Below, piece after piece: positions 25,254 to 34,570 of a DNA stretch of 64,000 nucleotides. The notes below the pieces were generated by a model. It did no database searches and was not told the origin of the DNA. It saw only the letters and a list, made by a program, of their open reading frames with translations. Source of the DNA: a virus; the IMG/VR virus record IMGVR_UViG_3300025127_000009, positions 96,001-160,000 of that record. One strand, written 5' to 3'. Each line of letters starts with the position of its first letter. Within the stretch, counting starts at the first letter, position 1. Both the position numbers and the translations under genes were made by a program.

Positions 25254-25430
25254 CTAATCCTTAAAATACACCGACATCCCCATTAACGTTGGTGCCCAAA
25301 GACCAATAAAGATACCAAACCTTTCGGCATGTGCAGGATCCTCCCCTGCGATTACCCACGTTGCAATCGACGCTGCAACAGACACCAGTGATGCGATAAA
25401 GCATCCAGATGAAAGTGTTTCTCTGTTCAT
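25254..25430 (-). CDS. Small two-TM membrane protein
   Basis: Start MNRETL (AGGAG); 'HAERFGIFIGLWAPT'. Confidence 0.7.
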   Translation of the reverse strand: MNRETLSSGCFIASLVSVAASIATWVIAGEDPAHAERFGIFIGLWAPTLMGMSVYFKD

Positions 25431-25473
25431 TTTCACTCCTCTTCTGGTGGTCTAACCACCTGCTAAATTAAAT

Positions 25474-25550
25474 TGGCACCCTGGGCAGGATTCGAACCTG
25501 CGACCTGCGGATTAGAAGTCCGATGTTCTATCCAACTGAACTACCAGGGC
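25474..25550 (-). tRNA. tRNA-Arg(UCU) with CCA
   Basis: Canonical cloverleaf; loop CTTCTAA. Confidence 0.95.
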
Positions 25551-26503
25551 ATAATCTTCTTTACTTCTTGAATTATATTTTCTCTTCTTAGGGAATCTCT
25601 GTATTCCAAAAGAGCCAACTCTTTCTTTTTACACTCTAGCATCATATCGTAAGTTTGTCCATAACTTTTTACAGGATTCTTAATATAATCTGAATGCGCT
25701 TGTGGCTTAATTTTATCGTCACCATATTCTAGTGCTCTTGACTCAGATAAGTGAACCACAGGACGAATACCGGCGGGCCAAGTAGACACCGCTAGTTTAA
25801 GCGCCTCCTCTTCTGTTTGACCACCAGTGCAAAAACGGTGATGATGATAATCAAAAACAATTGGTACTCCGACTTCCTTAAAGATGTATTCATAAAGATG
25901 CTTTGTAGACCACATGCTCGCCTTGTCATCATTCTCAAGTGTCAATCTCTTCTGACAATTCGCATCTAGTCTTTTGAATGCCTCGCACCATCGCTTGGCA
26001 GTCCCTTCAAAGTCACCGCCATACGTGCCACCAACATGAATGTTAATCTTGTTATAGTGGCTTGGGATAAATCCCATCATATCAAATATCTCTGAATGAT
26101 TATTAAGTTCGTGAATTGCTTTCTCTACAACATCTGGCCTTGGAGACCCCAGCACATTGAATGGACCAGGATGAAACGTCAACCGTTGCCCAGTCTCAAA
26201 TGCATACTCGCCTGCTAAGTCAAGTTGATAGCAGATATTGTTGTAGTCTGGCAAGTCGCTAAACTTATACTCTGACATCCAGGGAAAAATATCTGAGGAC
26301 ATACGATAGAACTTAATGTCATGCGCGTGATTCCATTCTAAAATCTTGAATAGATCCTTAACATTCAATAGAGAAATCTCTGAAGCATACTCTATCCCCT
26401 TGCTTTGAAATGTCTTTTTAATCATAGACCTATTTGTTGTGATGCGCTTAGACTTAGGCACATCAGATAGTGTCATGTTTATACACGCATAACCCAAGTT
26501 CAT
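25541..26503 (-). CDS. uvsE: UV DNA damage endonuclease
   Basis: 'LGYACIN', 'FYRMSSD', 'RLTFHPG', 'NIHVGG', 'LENDD', 'VFDYHHH', 'AHSD'. Confidence 0.93.
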   Translation of the reverse strand: MNLGYACINMTLSDVPKSKRITTNRSMIKKTFQSKGIEYASEISLLNVKDLFKILEWNHAHDIKFYRMSSDIFPWMSEYKFSDLPDYNNICYQLDLAGEYAFETGQRLTFHPGPFNVLGSPRPDVVEKAIHELNNHSEIFDMMGFIPSHYNKINIHVGGTYGGDFEGTAKRWCEAFKRLDANCQKRLTLENDDKASMWSTKHLYEYIFKEVGVPIVFDYHHHRFCTGGQTEEEALKLAVSTWPAGIRPVVHLSESRALEYGDDKIKPQAHSDYIKNPVKSYGQTYDMMLECKKKELALLEYRDSLRRENIIQEVKKIMPW

Positions 26504-26598
26504 TACTTCGACCTCCACCAATCAATCATCATTTGGCCTACCCAAATGCCAACTGCAATTGTAATCACAGTTCCAATAAAATCCATTATACACTCTCC

Positions 26599-27267
26599 TT
26601 AATAAATGTCAACAAAAAGTTTTCCGTTTTTCATATATCTCTCAAGCGCTTCAATGGCATGAGCATCTTGCCACTTATCATGTTCGCGATATGATTCAGG
26701 GATAATATTTGTTCTATTATAAACCTGCTTATCATAATGATTCGCTTTCTTGAGAACTTTTTTTACTTCCTCATGTGAATCTAGGTGTTCCGCTTTAAAA
26801 CTTGCAACTCTATTCACGGGAGAGAGTAAAGTCATTAACACATCAGGGTTTTGATAAGTCTTGCCTAAAGACCTTGCTGAACTCCAATCGCCCTCAGTTA
26901 CTCTATTTATAATGTCATTGAACTCCTCCGGTAACGTAGAGAAAGAGTGATAAATAGTTTTACCGCTCTTAGGGCCTGTCATGCACATTATCGCAACACG
27001 CCCGATACGACCTTTGGAAATAGGACTTACATCGTTTAGGCCAATTTCTTTAATCATTCCAGTTATAAGTTTTCTTTCGCGTGCGTAAGTTCCTTCTCTA
27101 AAAGAGACAAGAGCACCAGGACCAAACCCCATTTCTTCAAACTTTTGCTTTAGTTGTGATCGGTACTGATTAGTTGCTTTTTGCACCAACGCAGCGTCCT
27201 TCTTTAGCGTAGGACATGTTCTGCGGTTGTGCGTATATTGTGTGCAGTATGAACAGGCTTTTGCCAT
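26599..27267 (-). CDS. Protein with N-terminal CCHC zinc knuckle
   Basis: MAKACSYCTQYTHNRRTC; promoter TTGACA-17-TATTAT at 27304-27332. Confidence 0.65.
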   Translation of the reverse strand: MAKACSYCTQYTHNRRTCPTLKKDAALVQKATNQYRSQLKQKFEEMGFGPGALVSFREGTYARERKLITGMIKEIGLNDVSPISKGRIGRVAIMCMTGPKSGKTIYHSFSTLPEEFNDIINRVTEGDWSSARSLGKTYQNPDVLMTLLSPVNRVASFKAEHLDSHEEVKKVLKKANHYDKQVYNRTNIIPESYREHDKWQDAHAIEALERYMKNGKLFVDIY

Positions 27268-27328
27268 GATGCTACCTTTCAAGTGTTGTTAAAACGTGAA
27301 TCTATAATATAATTTAAAATTGTTTTTG

Positions 27329-27592
27329 TCAAGAAGAAAATTTTACTTTCGCTATTTGCTTTAACCATTTTGCACGGATCCACTGTGTTTCCTTAGATGC
27401 CTCTGGATCTGGAGACTTCAACACTTTTATCATACAAGTATATTCGTCGTCATGCCACCTTTGCTCGCTGGTGTTTGTTTGAGGGTTGATTAGTTTAGTT
27501 TTGACGACCAAACCTAATAGTTTAGAGTTTTCCTCACTATAAGGAACGTCAACTTCAACCAGATCGCCTATGTCAAACTTTTGTCTAATCAT
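27329..27592 (-). CDS. KOW-like mini-protein
   Basis: FDIGDLVEV; promoter at 27599-27627. Confidence 0.6.
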   Translation of the reverse strand: MIRQKFDIGDLVEVDVPYSEENSKLLGLVVKTKLINPQTNTSEQRWHDDEYTCMIKVLKSPDPEASKETQWIRAKWLKQIAKVKFSS

Positions 27593-27627
27593 ATCTAAAT
27601 CATACTAAATAAAAATTTAAAAGTCAA

Positions 27628-28062
27628 TTAAAAACCATCATCATCCATCAACCAACTAAAATCGAGGTCATACTCGCCCGTGTCATCAGGGTCTTTTACG
27701 TCTTTCTTGGCGACGTACCTTTTCTTTTGTACTTTTTTTTTATACTCTGGAACAATCGGTTGTTCATGTGCTGAATCATGATTTTGAATTATTCCATCAG
27801 ACATGGCTGGTAGATAAGAAGGATCTCCGCCTGGAAATACCCTGATCTTTTCTCCGTTGTCTAAAGTCATGACGGGATCTCCATTCTTTATCTCGTCATT
27901 TTCCATAACTTCTTTTGCAGTTAGATATTTATATTTCATCTTTGGTCTGCCATCTTGCATGTAAGAAGTTATGAACTTAAACTTACCCGCTTTGCTTGCC
28001 TTTACAGAAACCCTTTGCCCTTCCTTTATGAAGGATATATGTAAAATCTTTTTTTTACTCAC
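27628..28062 (-). CDS. Hypothetical protein
   Basis: Operon packing. Confidence 0.55.
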   Translation of the reverse strand: MSKKKILHISFIKEGQRVSVKASKAGKFKFITSYMQDGRPKMKYKYLTAKEVMENDEIKNGDPVMTLDNGEKIRVFPGGDPSYLPAMSDGIIQNHDSAHEQPIVPEYKKKVQKKRYVAKKDVKDPDDTGEYDLDFSWLMDDDGF

Positions 28063-28279
28063 CTTTCTTTCTCTCTAGTCTTTTACTTATAGAGTATTTA
28101 ATACGATCTTTGGCCAACAAACTAAGCGCATAAATACTACCAGCAGCCAGTACAGGAAACATTTGCACCAGCAATATACACGTATCATAGTGCGGTAGTC
28201 TTAGATTGTTTTTAATCTTCATAAGTATACTCAAGCATCCTAATGTTCTTACAAAACCTAACAAACCTAACTGGAGCAA
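28055..28279 (-). CDS. Small membrane protein
   Basis: Hydrophobic segment; true start probably internal. Confidence 0.45.
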   Translation of the reverse strand: MLQLGLLGFVRTLGCLSILMKIKNNLRLPHYDTCILLVQMFPVLAAGSIYALSLLAKDRIKYSISKRLERKKGE

Positions 28280-28517
28280 AGCCTGGTTTCTTTCTCTTTA
28301 AGATCGACGCTCTTGGCTCGCACCATTCATGAGTATCCGGCAAGTAAACTAAATATTTACCACCATCTACCTCTCTGTAAAACATGCCCTCTTTATCTTT
28401 TGCGTTATAACCAAAAACTTCGTAGTCATCAGTAAATATGACAACTTCGCCTTTTTTTAGTTTAACTTCTGACATATTATTCACTCCCCAATATATAACA
28501 CAAATATGTAAACACAA
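28212..28517 (-). CDS. KOW-like hypothetical protein
   Basis: 'LKKGEVVIF'; probable start MSEVK. Confidence 0.5.
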   Translation of the reverse strand: MCLHICVIYWGVNNMSEVKLKKGEVVIFTDDYEVFGYNAKDKEGMFYREVDGGKYLVYLPDTHEWCEPRASILKRKKPGFAPVRFVRFCKNIRMLEYTYED

Positions 28518-28583
28518 ACAAACCTATGATTAGCAGATAGGATACTGTACCGATCTCGGCTATCATAAGATCACCGATTGCCT

Positions 28584-28805
28584 CTAGTATTTCCTTAACT
28601 GCCAAATCCATACATCTTCTACCTGCCCTGTATTCCAAACAACTTTATATTTTTTTGTTAAGTTTGGATTCGTATCATCTAAAATTCTCTCAATAATAAT
28701 TCCTCTAAGAGGCATCTTCTCGGGCTTAACATGCTCAGAATACCTCTTAAGGTCTGGTCTGACAAGAAGCCCTGGCTTGGCTTCTCTGTCTTTTATTCTA
28801 CCCAT
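28584..28805 (-). CDS. KOW-like mini-protein
   Basis: 'KPGLLV..RGIII..YKVVW'. Confidence 0.55.
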   Translation of the reverse strand: MGRIKDREAKPGLLVRPDLKRYSEHVKPEKMPLRGIIIERILDDTNPNLTKKYKVVWNTGQVEDVWIWQLRKY

Positions 28806-29079
28806 TCTCGTAAAAGTTCATATTCTTTGAAATGTGTCTGGCCAATGCCTGAGAGGCGCTTAAGACATCATCCTGGTTATCACAGCACCAGGAGCCCTGC
28901 ATTGTGAGCATGTTACGGATATCAACAAACAACCTCTCAAAGGTCCCGTCAGCATCTTCTAGGCTCTTCGTGTCTAAATTATCATTTATATATCCATAAG
29001 TCTTTTGGGTATGCGTCTCGTCTACCCATTTGTATTGTGATCCACTGCGCTCTTCTGAAAAGTCATATCTGTTCTTCAT
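28798..29079 (-). CDS. Hypothetical protein
   Basis: Operon packing. Confidence 0.5.
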   Translation of the reverse strand: MKNRYDFSEERSGSQYKWVDETHTQKTYGYINDNLDTKSLEDADGTFERLFVDIRNMLTMQGSWCCDNQDDVLSASQALARHISKNMNFYENG

Positions 29080-29257
29080 TTAAAACTAAACTCCAAAATT
29101 TAAATTTAAGTATCTTGCCTTCGTTAAGGCCATTGTCCATAAGGACGTTATAATAATCGTTACCCAATACACCAACAATGGTGCCGCTTATATTCAGTGG
29201 TCTACCTAGCGGGTAGTCCGTTATGTATACTTTATCTCCCTTTTGATAGTCGGCCAT
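29063..29257 (-). CDS. KOW-like mini-protein
   Basis: 'YQKGDKVYI..GTIVGV'. Confidence 0.6.
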   Translation of the reverse strand: MADYQKGDKVYITDYPLGRPLNISGTIVGVLGNDYYNVLMDNGLNEGKILKFKFWSLVLNEEQI

Positions 29258-29317
29258 CTTTATTCATACTCCGATGGCCAGTTTGTTTTTACATTAAAAC
29301 AAAAATTTTGAATTATG

Positions 29318-29527
29318 TCAAATGTTTTTTCTATTATCTGCATAATCTTTTGCTTCCCTGAGTAGTTCACAGGTAGCATCAAGATTAAAGCGCTTTGGTA
29401 TTTGAATCATTGGGAGAATCCCGTGAACAATGAAGAAGACTGACCGACAAAGGAAACCTAATCCTATTGAGCATGCAAATTTTAAATGTGATAGGTATGT
29501 TTCGTTATTGTCAATCAAGTGCTTCAT
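29318..29527 (-). CDS. Small conserved hypothetical protein ('ETYLSHLKFA..HGILP')
   Basis: Motif typical of a small bacterial/phage DUF family (from memory). Confidence 0.6.
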   Translation of the reverse strand: MKHLIDNNETYLSHLKFACSIGLGFLCRSVFFIVHGILPMIQIPKRFNLDATCELLREAKDYADNRKNI

Positions 29528-29534
29528 ACACTAA

Positions 29535-29795
29535 CTAGATCGAATAATCAGATCTTTCTGAGGAATCATCACCACCTATCGGGAAGTGAATCGTAACTTC
29601 TGGAGTTTGATCCTCCACAGTCAACGCAATACATTTAAATGTTGTTCCCTCTGGTGCGATATTCATACCGCAAACAGAACCGCGATTGCAAACGACCTGA
29701 TCAGATCTGCAATCATCTTGAATCTCCTCAAAGGAACCCTCCTCATCACCACAACCGATAAACATACACGCCAACAAAACTAAAACCGTCTTCAT
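29535..29795 (-). CDS. Small Cys-containing lipoprotein
   Basis: MKTVLVLLACMFIGC lipobox; AGGAGG RBS. Confidence 0.65.
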   Translation of the reverse strand: MKTVLVLLACMFIGCGDEEGSFEEIQDDCRSDQVVCNRGSVCGMNIAPEGTTFKCIALTVEDQTPEVTIHFPIGGDDSSERSDYSI

Positions 29796-29818
29796 AGTAA
29801 CCTCCTTTCTGTTTGTAT

Positions 29819-30328
29819 TTACAGTTTTAAAAATTTCTTATAATAATCTGGAAAATTTTGAAAGTATTTAGTCTGCATGAGATTTTTATGCGCCTTATTT
29901 AACACATCTTTTTTTATAATACTTACCAAAAAATACGGGGCTTGGCCCCTTGGATTAAACTCATCTATACTATATGTGTCGTTAGGATTGATACATATAG
30001 TTTGATACCCTTCAATGTTGTTTTTATCTAAAGACTTATTAAAAATATTCTGGAGTTTTTTAGTATACTCTCCCTCAACTTCAACCGGCTGATCATCCTC
30101 AAAAAGAGCCCAAAGTCCCGATTGATACCCGTCATCCTCCATATCTTTTACCACTTGAGCAAAAGTAGTATAACTAGGATCATATACATCAATCAATAGA
30201 TCACCGCTCACCCTTTCGGCTTTCGCGTAAGGACAAGCAGCAAACCCAGAAAATTCTTCTCTTGGTTGTTCTAAAACTTCGATCAAATATGTAATGATCT
30301 TACCGACTATTTGTTTTTTTTGCAACAT
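29819..30328 (-). CDS. Hypothetical protein ('FAACPYAK' family)
   Basis: 'LEQPREEFSGFAACPYAK' motif. Confidence 0.6.
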   Translation of the reverse strand: MLQKKQIVGKIITYLIEVLEQPREEFSGFAACPYAKAERVSGDLLIDVYDPSYTTFAQVVKDMEDDGYQSGLWALFEDDQPVEVEGEYTKKLQNIFNKSLDKNNIEGYQTICINPNDTYSIDEFNPRGQAPYFLVSIIKKDVLNKAHKNLMQTKYFQNFPDYYKKFLKL

Positions 30329-30333
30329 CTTTT

Positions 30334-30913
30334 TTATTTAAATGAATTAATTAAACTTCTTTGTGCCTTTCTTTTTTCAACCAAATAAGAAAACTTACTT
30401 GTTGAAAAAACTTTATCCTCTGGGGATTCATAGATCATGTGTACTTTTGACATAGGAAACCCTTTTAAAGTTACACCATCACCCTTAAATTCTAAATACT
30501 CTTTTGTTAAGTCAGAAGAGTTTATATAACCGGAAGAGTAAGACTTTGGATCTCCAGTGTCTACCAACAACAAAACATCAAATTTTATAACATCAGAAAT
30601 AGACCTGGCCGAAGCATCACCTAAAGAATTCATTAGTTTAATACCGCTAACTACGTTTTTGATATTACCTTTTTCACTCTTTAAACAATGCTTTTGGCTT
30701 TTCATTTCAATTTTAAATTTCGCACTCATGATCCCAACCTTGCTTGTCTACATGAATTATCTTTCCATCAGAAAAAGTTTCAACTGCCAATTCAAGAATA
30801 TCTGATTTATCAAACCTATTCTTTCTAGTGTTCAATTCATCTCCTATATTGTAAACCATATCAAAAAATTTTGACCACTCAACTTGGCTAAAAATATTAT
30901 CTATTTTCTTCAA
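30334..30913 (-). pseudogene. Probable frameshifted PD-(D/E)xK nuclease-like gene (ORFs 30713-30913 and 30334-30729)
   Basis: 'GWDH' and 'IEMK' catalytic-type motifs lie in adjacent frames; removing one A from GAAA joins them. Confidence 0.5.
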
Positions 30914-30988
30914 TTAAAAAAACTCCTTTCCAAACACTGTGGAATAATAATAGCAAAAATTTATTACTAATGCAACATAAAAAATCAA

Positions 30989-31468
30989 TTAAAAAGGCTG
31001 TAATTCAAAAACAACTAGTACGTTCACCCTACCATGATTATTTGTTGGATTAATAGATAATCCGATTACATCATGAGCGCTGAATGTCGCAGAGTTTGAA
31101 AATGTTGCTTTAACCACTGTATTCGCTGTGGATAAATCTATAGTCTGAGTTTCTGTTGCCGTTGAATTTATTTGTTCTGTACCGTCAGAAGACTTGTGAA
31201 AACCAACCTCCGTACTCCCTGGGGTTGCGTCAGACCTAATCAACACATGCTTCAATGTCCCATTTGAAGGCACAATAAACTTATTATTAACACCTGGACT
31301 TGTAGTAGAACCGGTATCAACTGGTCTAATAAATATCTTACTGCTCCCGCCTGTATTTGTATACTTTGCACTAAAAAAATGTTTCAGCACTAATGTACTT
31401 TCGTCTATATCATCACCAGTAACAGTATCGTCTGTTATTTGTTTTCCGTCTATTCCTGTTCTTGCCAT
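30989..31468 (-). CDS. Putative virion structural (beta-rich) protein
   Basis: T/S/G-rich; 'GIDGKQITDDTVTGDDIDES' N-terminus. Confidence 0.45.
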   Translation of the reverse strand: MARTGIDGKQITDDTVTGDDIDESTLVLKHFFSAKYTNTGGSSKIFIRPVDTGSTTSPGVNNKFIVPSNGTLKHVLIRSDATPGSTEVGFHKSSDGTEQINSTATETQTIDLSTANTVVKATFSNSATFSAHDVIGLSINPTNNHGRVNVLVVFELQPF

Positions 31469-31497
31469 ATCTTAATTAATCTCCAAAATAAGAAAAT

Positions 31498-31785
31498 TGG
31501 TGGAGGTGGCGGGACTCGAACCCGCGTCCAGAATTTCTCAAATAGTACGTCATTCACAAGGTTAGTTAGTTTTAGGCTCTAACAAGCACACGCGACAAAA
31601 GACAAAAAATTTGCAACTTTGGGTTTCAAGGTTGTTGCCACCCCGAGACAATTAAGCAGCGAGTGCGAAGTCGTCTAATTCAACGTCATTATTTGCGTTT
31701 ATATTTTTTGGGTATTTTTACTGTGCCTACCCACACAGCCTTGCACGCAGTATTATCCTCACCCTGTCGAAACCAAGTCACCCCC
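31498..31785 (-). ncRNA. ssrA: tmRNA, tag ANNDVELDDFALAA
   Basis: 5' GGGGGTGAC..TTTCGAC; 3' GGTTCGAGTCCCGCCACCTCCACCA; G3-U70 pair; tag ORF 31652-31696. Confidence 0.95.
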
Positions 31786-31786
31786 T

Positions 31787-32260
31787 TTATTCTCCAATTT
31801 CCACTAGTTCAATTTCAAAATTCAATGGTTGACCGGCCATAGGGTGGTTAAAGTCGATGATAACAGATTCATCACTTACCTCTTCAATAGAACCGCGAAC
31901 TTGATTGCCATTGATCGAACCCTCAACAACTACACCAGTTTCAAACTCAAAATCTTCTGGGAAAGATGTCTTTGGCACTTCTCTAACGGCTTCATCAATT
32001 CGCTCACCATATGCTTCGTCAATCTCAAGATTAACTGTCTTTTTTTCACCAACTGTCATTCCGTTAACGGCTGCGTCAAAACCAGGGATCATCTGGCCAG
32101 AACCAACTGTAAATTCAATTGTTTCATTCCTATCATAAGAACTATCAAATACAGTTCCGTCGTTTAAAGTACCCCTATAGTGGACCTTAACGTTGTTGCC
32201 CTCACCAGCAGTAGGTGTGGTCTTCTTGGTGCTCTTCCTCTTTCGCTTCGTTGTGCTCAT
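31787..32260 (-). CDS. FKBP-type peptidyl-prolyl isomerase (SlyD-like)
   Basis: 'VKVHYRGTL.DGTVFDSS', 'GQMIPGFD', 'DFNHPMAG..LNFEIEL'. Confidence 0.93.
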   Translation of the reverse strand: MSTTKRKRKSTKKTTPTAGEGNNVKVHYRGTLNDGTVFDSSYDRNETIEFTVGSGQMIPGFDAAVNGMTVGEKKTVNLEIDEAYGERIDEAVREVPKTSFPEDFEFETGVVVEGSINGNQVRGSIEEVSDESVIIDFNHPMAGQPLNFEIELVEIGE

Positions 32261-32337
32261 GGTATCTCCTTTATAATTGTTGGCACGTTCACATCATACA
32301 ATTGTAAAACAATTATATAATAAATTCAAGTTTTTTT

Positions 32338-32661
32338 TTAATGTTTGCGCTTTATTCTTAATTTTCTTTGTTTTGATTCTCTTAGTCGCGATCTTGCTTC
32401 TTGTACTTTAACCACTTCAAAGCCTAACTTCTTCAGAGTGTTAACATATGAATCCCAAGGATACGGGCTGGGTTTCCAGCCTCTGATGCGCCTTCGTGCA
32501 ATCTCGTTGAGAGCCCATCGTTCACTATAATCTTCTTTATCTTCCGGTGGATTCTTTATGGCTGCAGCAGTCTCTGGATAGACATTTTTAACAGTTAAAA
32601 TATCTTCGTCAATCTTTTGACCATCACGGACTACACGATATTTTATCTTAAATGCTGGCAC
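32338..32661 (-). CDS. Hypothetical basic protein
   Basis: C-terminal 'RLRESKQRKLRIKR'. Confidence 0.55.
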   Translation of the reverse strand: MPAFKIKYRVVRDGQKIDEDILTVKNVYPETAAAIKNPPEDKEDYSERWALNEIARRRIRGWKPSPYPWDSYVNTLKKLGFEVVKVQEARSRLRESKQRKLRIKRKH

Positions 32662-32685
32662 TGTATCTTTCTCCCTTTTTTGTAA

Positions 32686-32871
32686 TTATGCTCTTTTTAG
32701 AAAATGATCTGGCAATACTGCAATCTGAGTTAAAACCCCAAAACAAACTTGCACCATATACCAATTTGAATCCCCTACTCGTCTAACGACTGTAGCATTA
32801 ATTACTGGCTCCTTACTTGACATAAGGTGCTCCGCTTCCTCTTTCACCAGGACGGAATCTCCTGCCTTCAT
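32686..32871 (-). CDS. KOW-like mini-protein
   Basis: MKAGDSVLV. Confidence 0.6.
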   Translation of the reverse strand: MKAGDSVLVKEEAEHLMSSKEPVINATVVRRVGDSNWYMVQVCFGVLTQIAVLPDHFLKRA

Positions 32872-32873
32872 TT

Positions 32874-33326
32874 TTAATCCTCCCCTTTTGAGACAATTCT
32901 TATTATTGGACGATAAGGGCTGGGAGGAATTTCATCTTGTACGAAAAAGATGTAACCATCATCCCTTAACAATTCCTGAACAAACTCTAACCTTTCTTCG
33001 TCTTGTCCTATCAATATTTTACATGGTAACTCCACAAAGTCGAGGAAATTATTTAAAAAATCTTCACTCTTTCTGTTAGAAAGACCTGACAAGTTTAAAC
33101 TTCGATTTGTAGTTTTTAATCTACGGTACTTATTGTTTCTGCCGTATTTTATTTCAATAGAACCTATGTCTATCATATCCCACAATTGAGATTTTCTAAC
33201 CCTTGCTATTTTATTTTTAAAAAGATAGTACCAATAAGTGCGAGTTTTTCTAGTAAGAATACCGATCCCCATTGCAGTTATAATCGCATCACCAGTTTTT
33301 AAACTATATTTCGCTGAGTTAAACAC
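32874..33326 (-). CDS. Hypothetical protein (KOW-like N-terminus)
   Basis: 'LKTGDAII..GIGIL'. Confidence 0.5.
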   Translation of the reverse strand: MFNSAKYSLKTGDAIITAMGIGILTRKTRTYWYYLFKNKIARVRKSQLWDMIDIGSIEIKYGRNNKYRRLKTTNRSLNLSGLSNRKSEDFLNNFLDFVELPCKILIGQDEERLEFVQELLRDDGYIFFVQDEIPPSPYRPIIRIVSKGED

Positions 33327-33558
33327 TTGATTCTTTTACTTCGTCATCTTTGTTATTAAAAATAACACCCCACTTAGTTTTATACCAAGTTCTCTCATGT
33401 AAATAGTACAGCACAGTCTTTGTTATAGTCTCTAAAATACTTAGAGAAGCGCCCATTTTCATAGAGCCAGTTATAAGCCAGCCTAACAAAAAAGTATCAG
33501 CACTTCCTACAATACGCCAAGTAACAGCCTTGGCTAAATGTCTTTTTCTCTGTATCAT
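33319..33558 (-). CDS. DUF2061-like small membrane protein
   Basis: 'KRHLAKAVTWRIVGS.DT..YYLHER.W'. Confidence 0.8.
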   Translation of the reverse strand: MIQRKRHLAKAVTWRIVGSADTFLLGWLITGSMKMGASLSILETITKTVLYYLHERTWYKTKWGVIFNNKDDEVKESSV

Positions 33559-33591
33559 ATGTTCCTAATATATCAAAAGATTTTATACAAG

Positions 33592-34209
33592 TCAACAAAA
33601 ATTTAAATCTTTTTCTTCAATGAGTGTATAAGTAAATTTATTTCCCCATCTATCCTTCGAAAGATTACATATTTTCATAAACCTATCAAAGTCTCTCGCA
33701 CTCTTAAACACCTGGCATCCAGCACTAGATCCTCCCGTGTCCGTTCTTGTGTCCGGACCTGAGTGTTTGTGTATGTTAATACCATACCAACCTTCGTCTT
33801 CTGGCCCCACGTAATCTGGCTCACTGTCTCTGTTGTTGTCTCTCCAGACCTTAACAGTGCCACCTCTCTGACAGAGTGCAGGATAGGTTTTATGTATATC
33901 AATTTTGTAAGCGCCCCTATATTGATCCGGCACCAATATCGCTGTGCCTTTCTCGTTTATGGGTCTCTTGAGTATTTTCCAGCCAGGTTCAGTGGTGATT
34001 TGGAAACAATCCCAAATCCAATTCCCTCTAACCTTATAGAACATATTCAGGAAATCATCAAATTTGCTGGCGTCTCCAGATGAGTTCCTTACGCCAATGA
34101 TATTTAAATTATAGTCTCCTGATTCAAAAAAAGTATATCCCTTTGTTTCCATAGACTTTTTAAACTTTAGCGCCATGACCCTTGCAGCCAAACCTTTTAC
34201 TGTTGCCAT
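33592..34209 (-). CDS. Putative peptidoglycan-acting enzyme, L,D-transpeptidase-like His/Cys
   Basis: 'GINIHK..SSAGCQVF', 'TTEPG', 'RDNNRD'. Confidence 0.55.
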   Translation of the reverse strand: MATVKGLAARVMALKFKKSMETKGYTFFESGDYNLNIIGVRNSSGDASKFDDFLNMFYKVRGNWIWDCFQITTEPGWKILKRPINEKGTAILVPDQYRGAYKIDIHKTYPALCQRGGTVKVWRDNNRDSEPDYVGPEDEGWYGINIHKHSGPDTRTDTGGSSAGCQVFKSARDFDRFMKICNLSKDRWGNKFTYTLIEEKDLNFC

Positions 34210-34213
34210 TGTT

Positions 34214-34570
34214 CTATCCCCTCAACCAAGCATAACGAACTCTTTTTGAAAGATATTCTTTATCATGCTCGTTACCATGTGCCTCTTTTTCAGCCCTTAT
34301 ATTCTTATAAGACTGTGCCCCGCTGACACCTTTTAGTATACTTTTAGCATAGTCCCAAAGATAAATCAAGTAAAATCCTAGAACACCAGTTTCTAATTGT
34401 TGTTGAAAGTGTATTGTTTCGTGTCTTTTTGTATCTTCTGACATTTCGCCTACGGAAAAAACAAACGGGAACAGGGCTATGGCTCCAATTTTAATCGGCG
34501 CGAATCTTGATAAAAATACTGGAACCTTGCTATTTTCGATCATTATTGGTTTTAATTCTTTTATATTCAT
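34214..34570 (-). CDS. HExxH-containing hypothetical protein
   Basis: 'RHETIHFQQQLE', 'EKEAH'. Confidence 0.6.
   Translation of the reverse strand: MNIKELKPIMIENSKVPVFLSRFAPIKIGAIALFPFVFSVGEMSEDTKRHETIHFQQQLETGVLGFYLIYLWDYAKSILKGVSGAQSYKNIRAEKEAHGNEHDKEYLSKRVRYAWLRG

Noticed and set aside
25541-25550. uvsE stop overlaps the tRNA-Arg 5' end by 10 nt
   Set aside because: Simple read-through in a compact genome; no evidence of function
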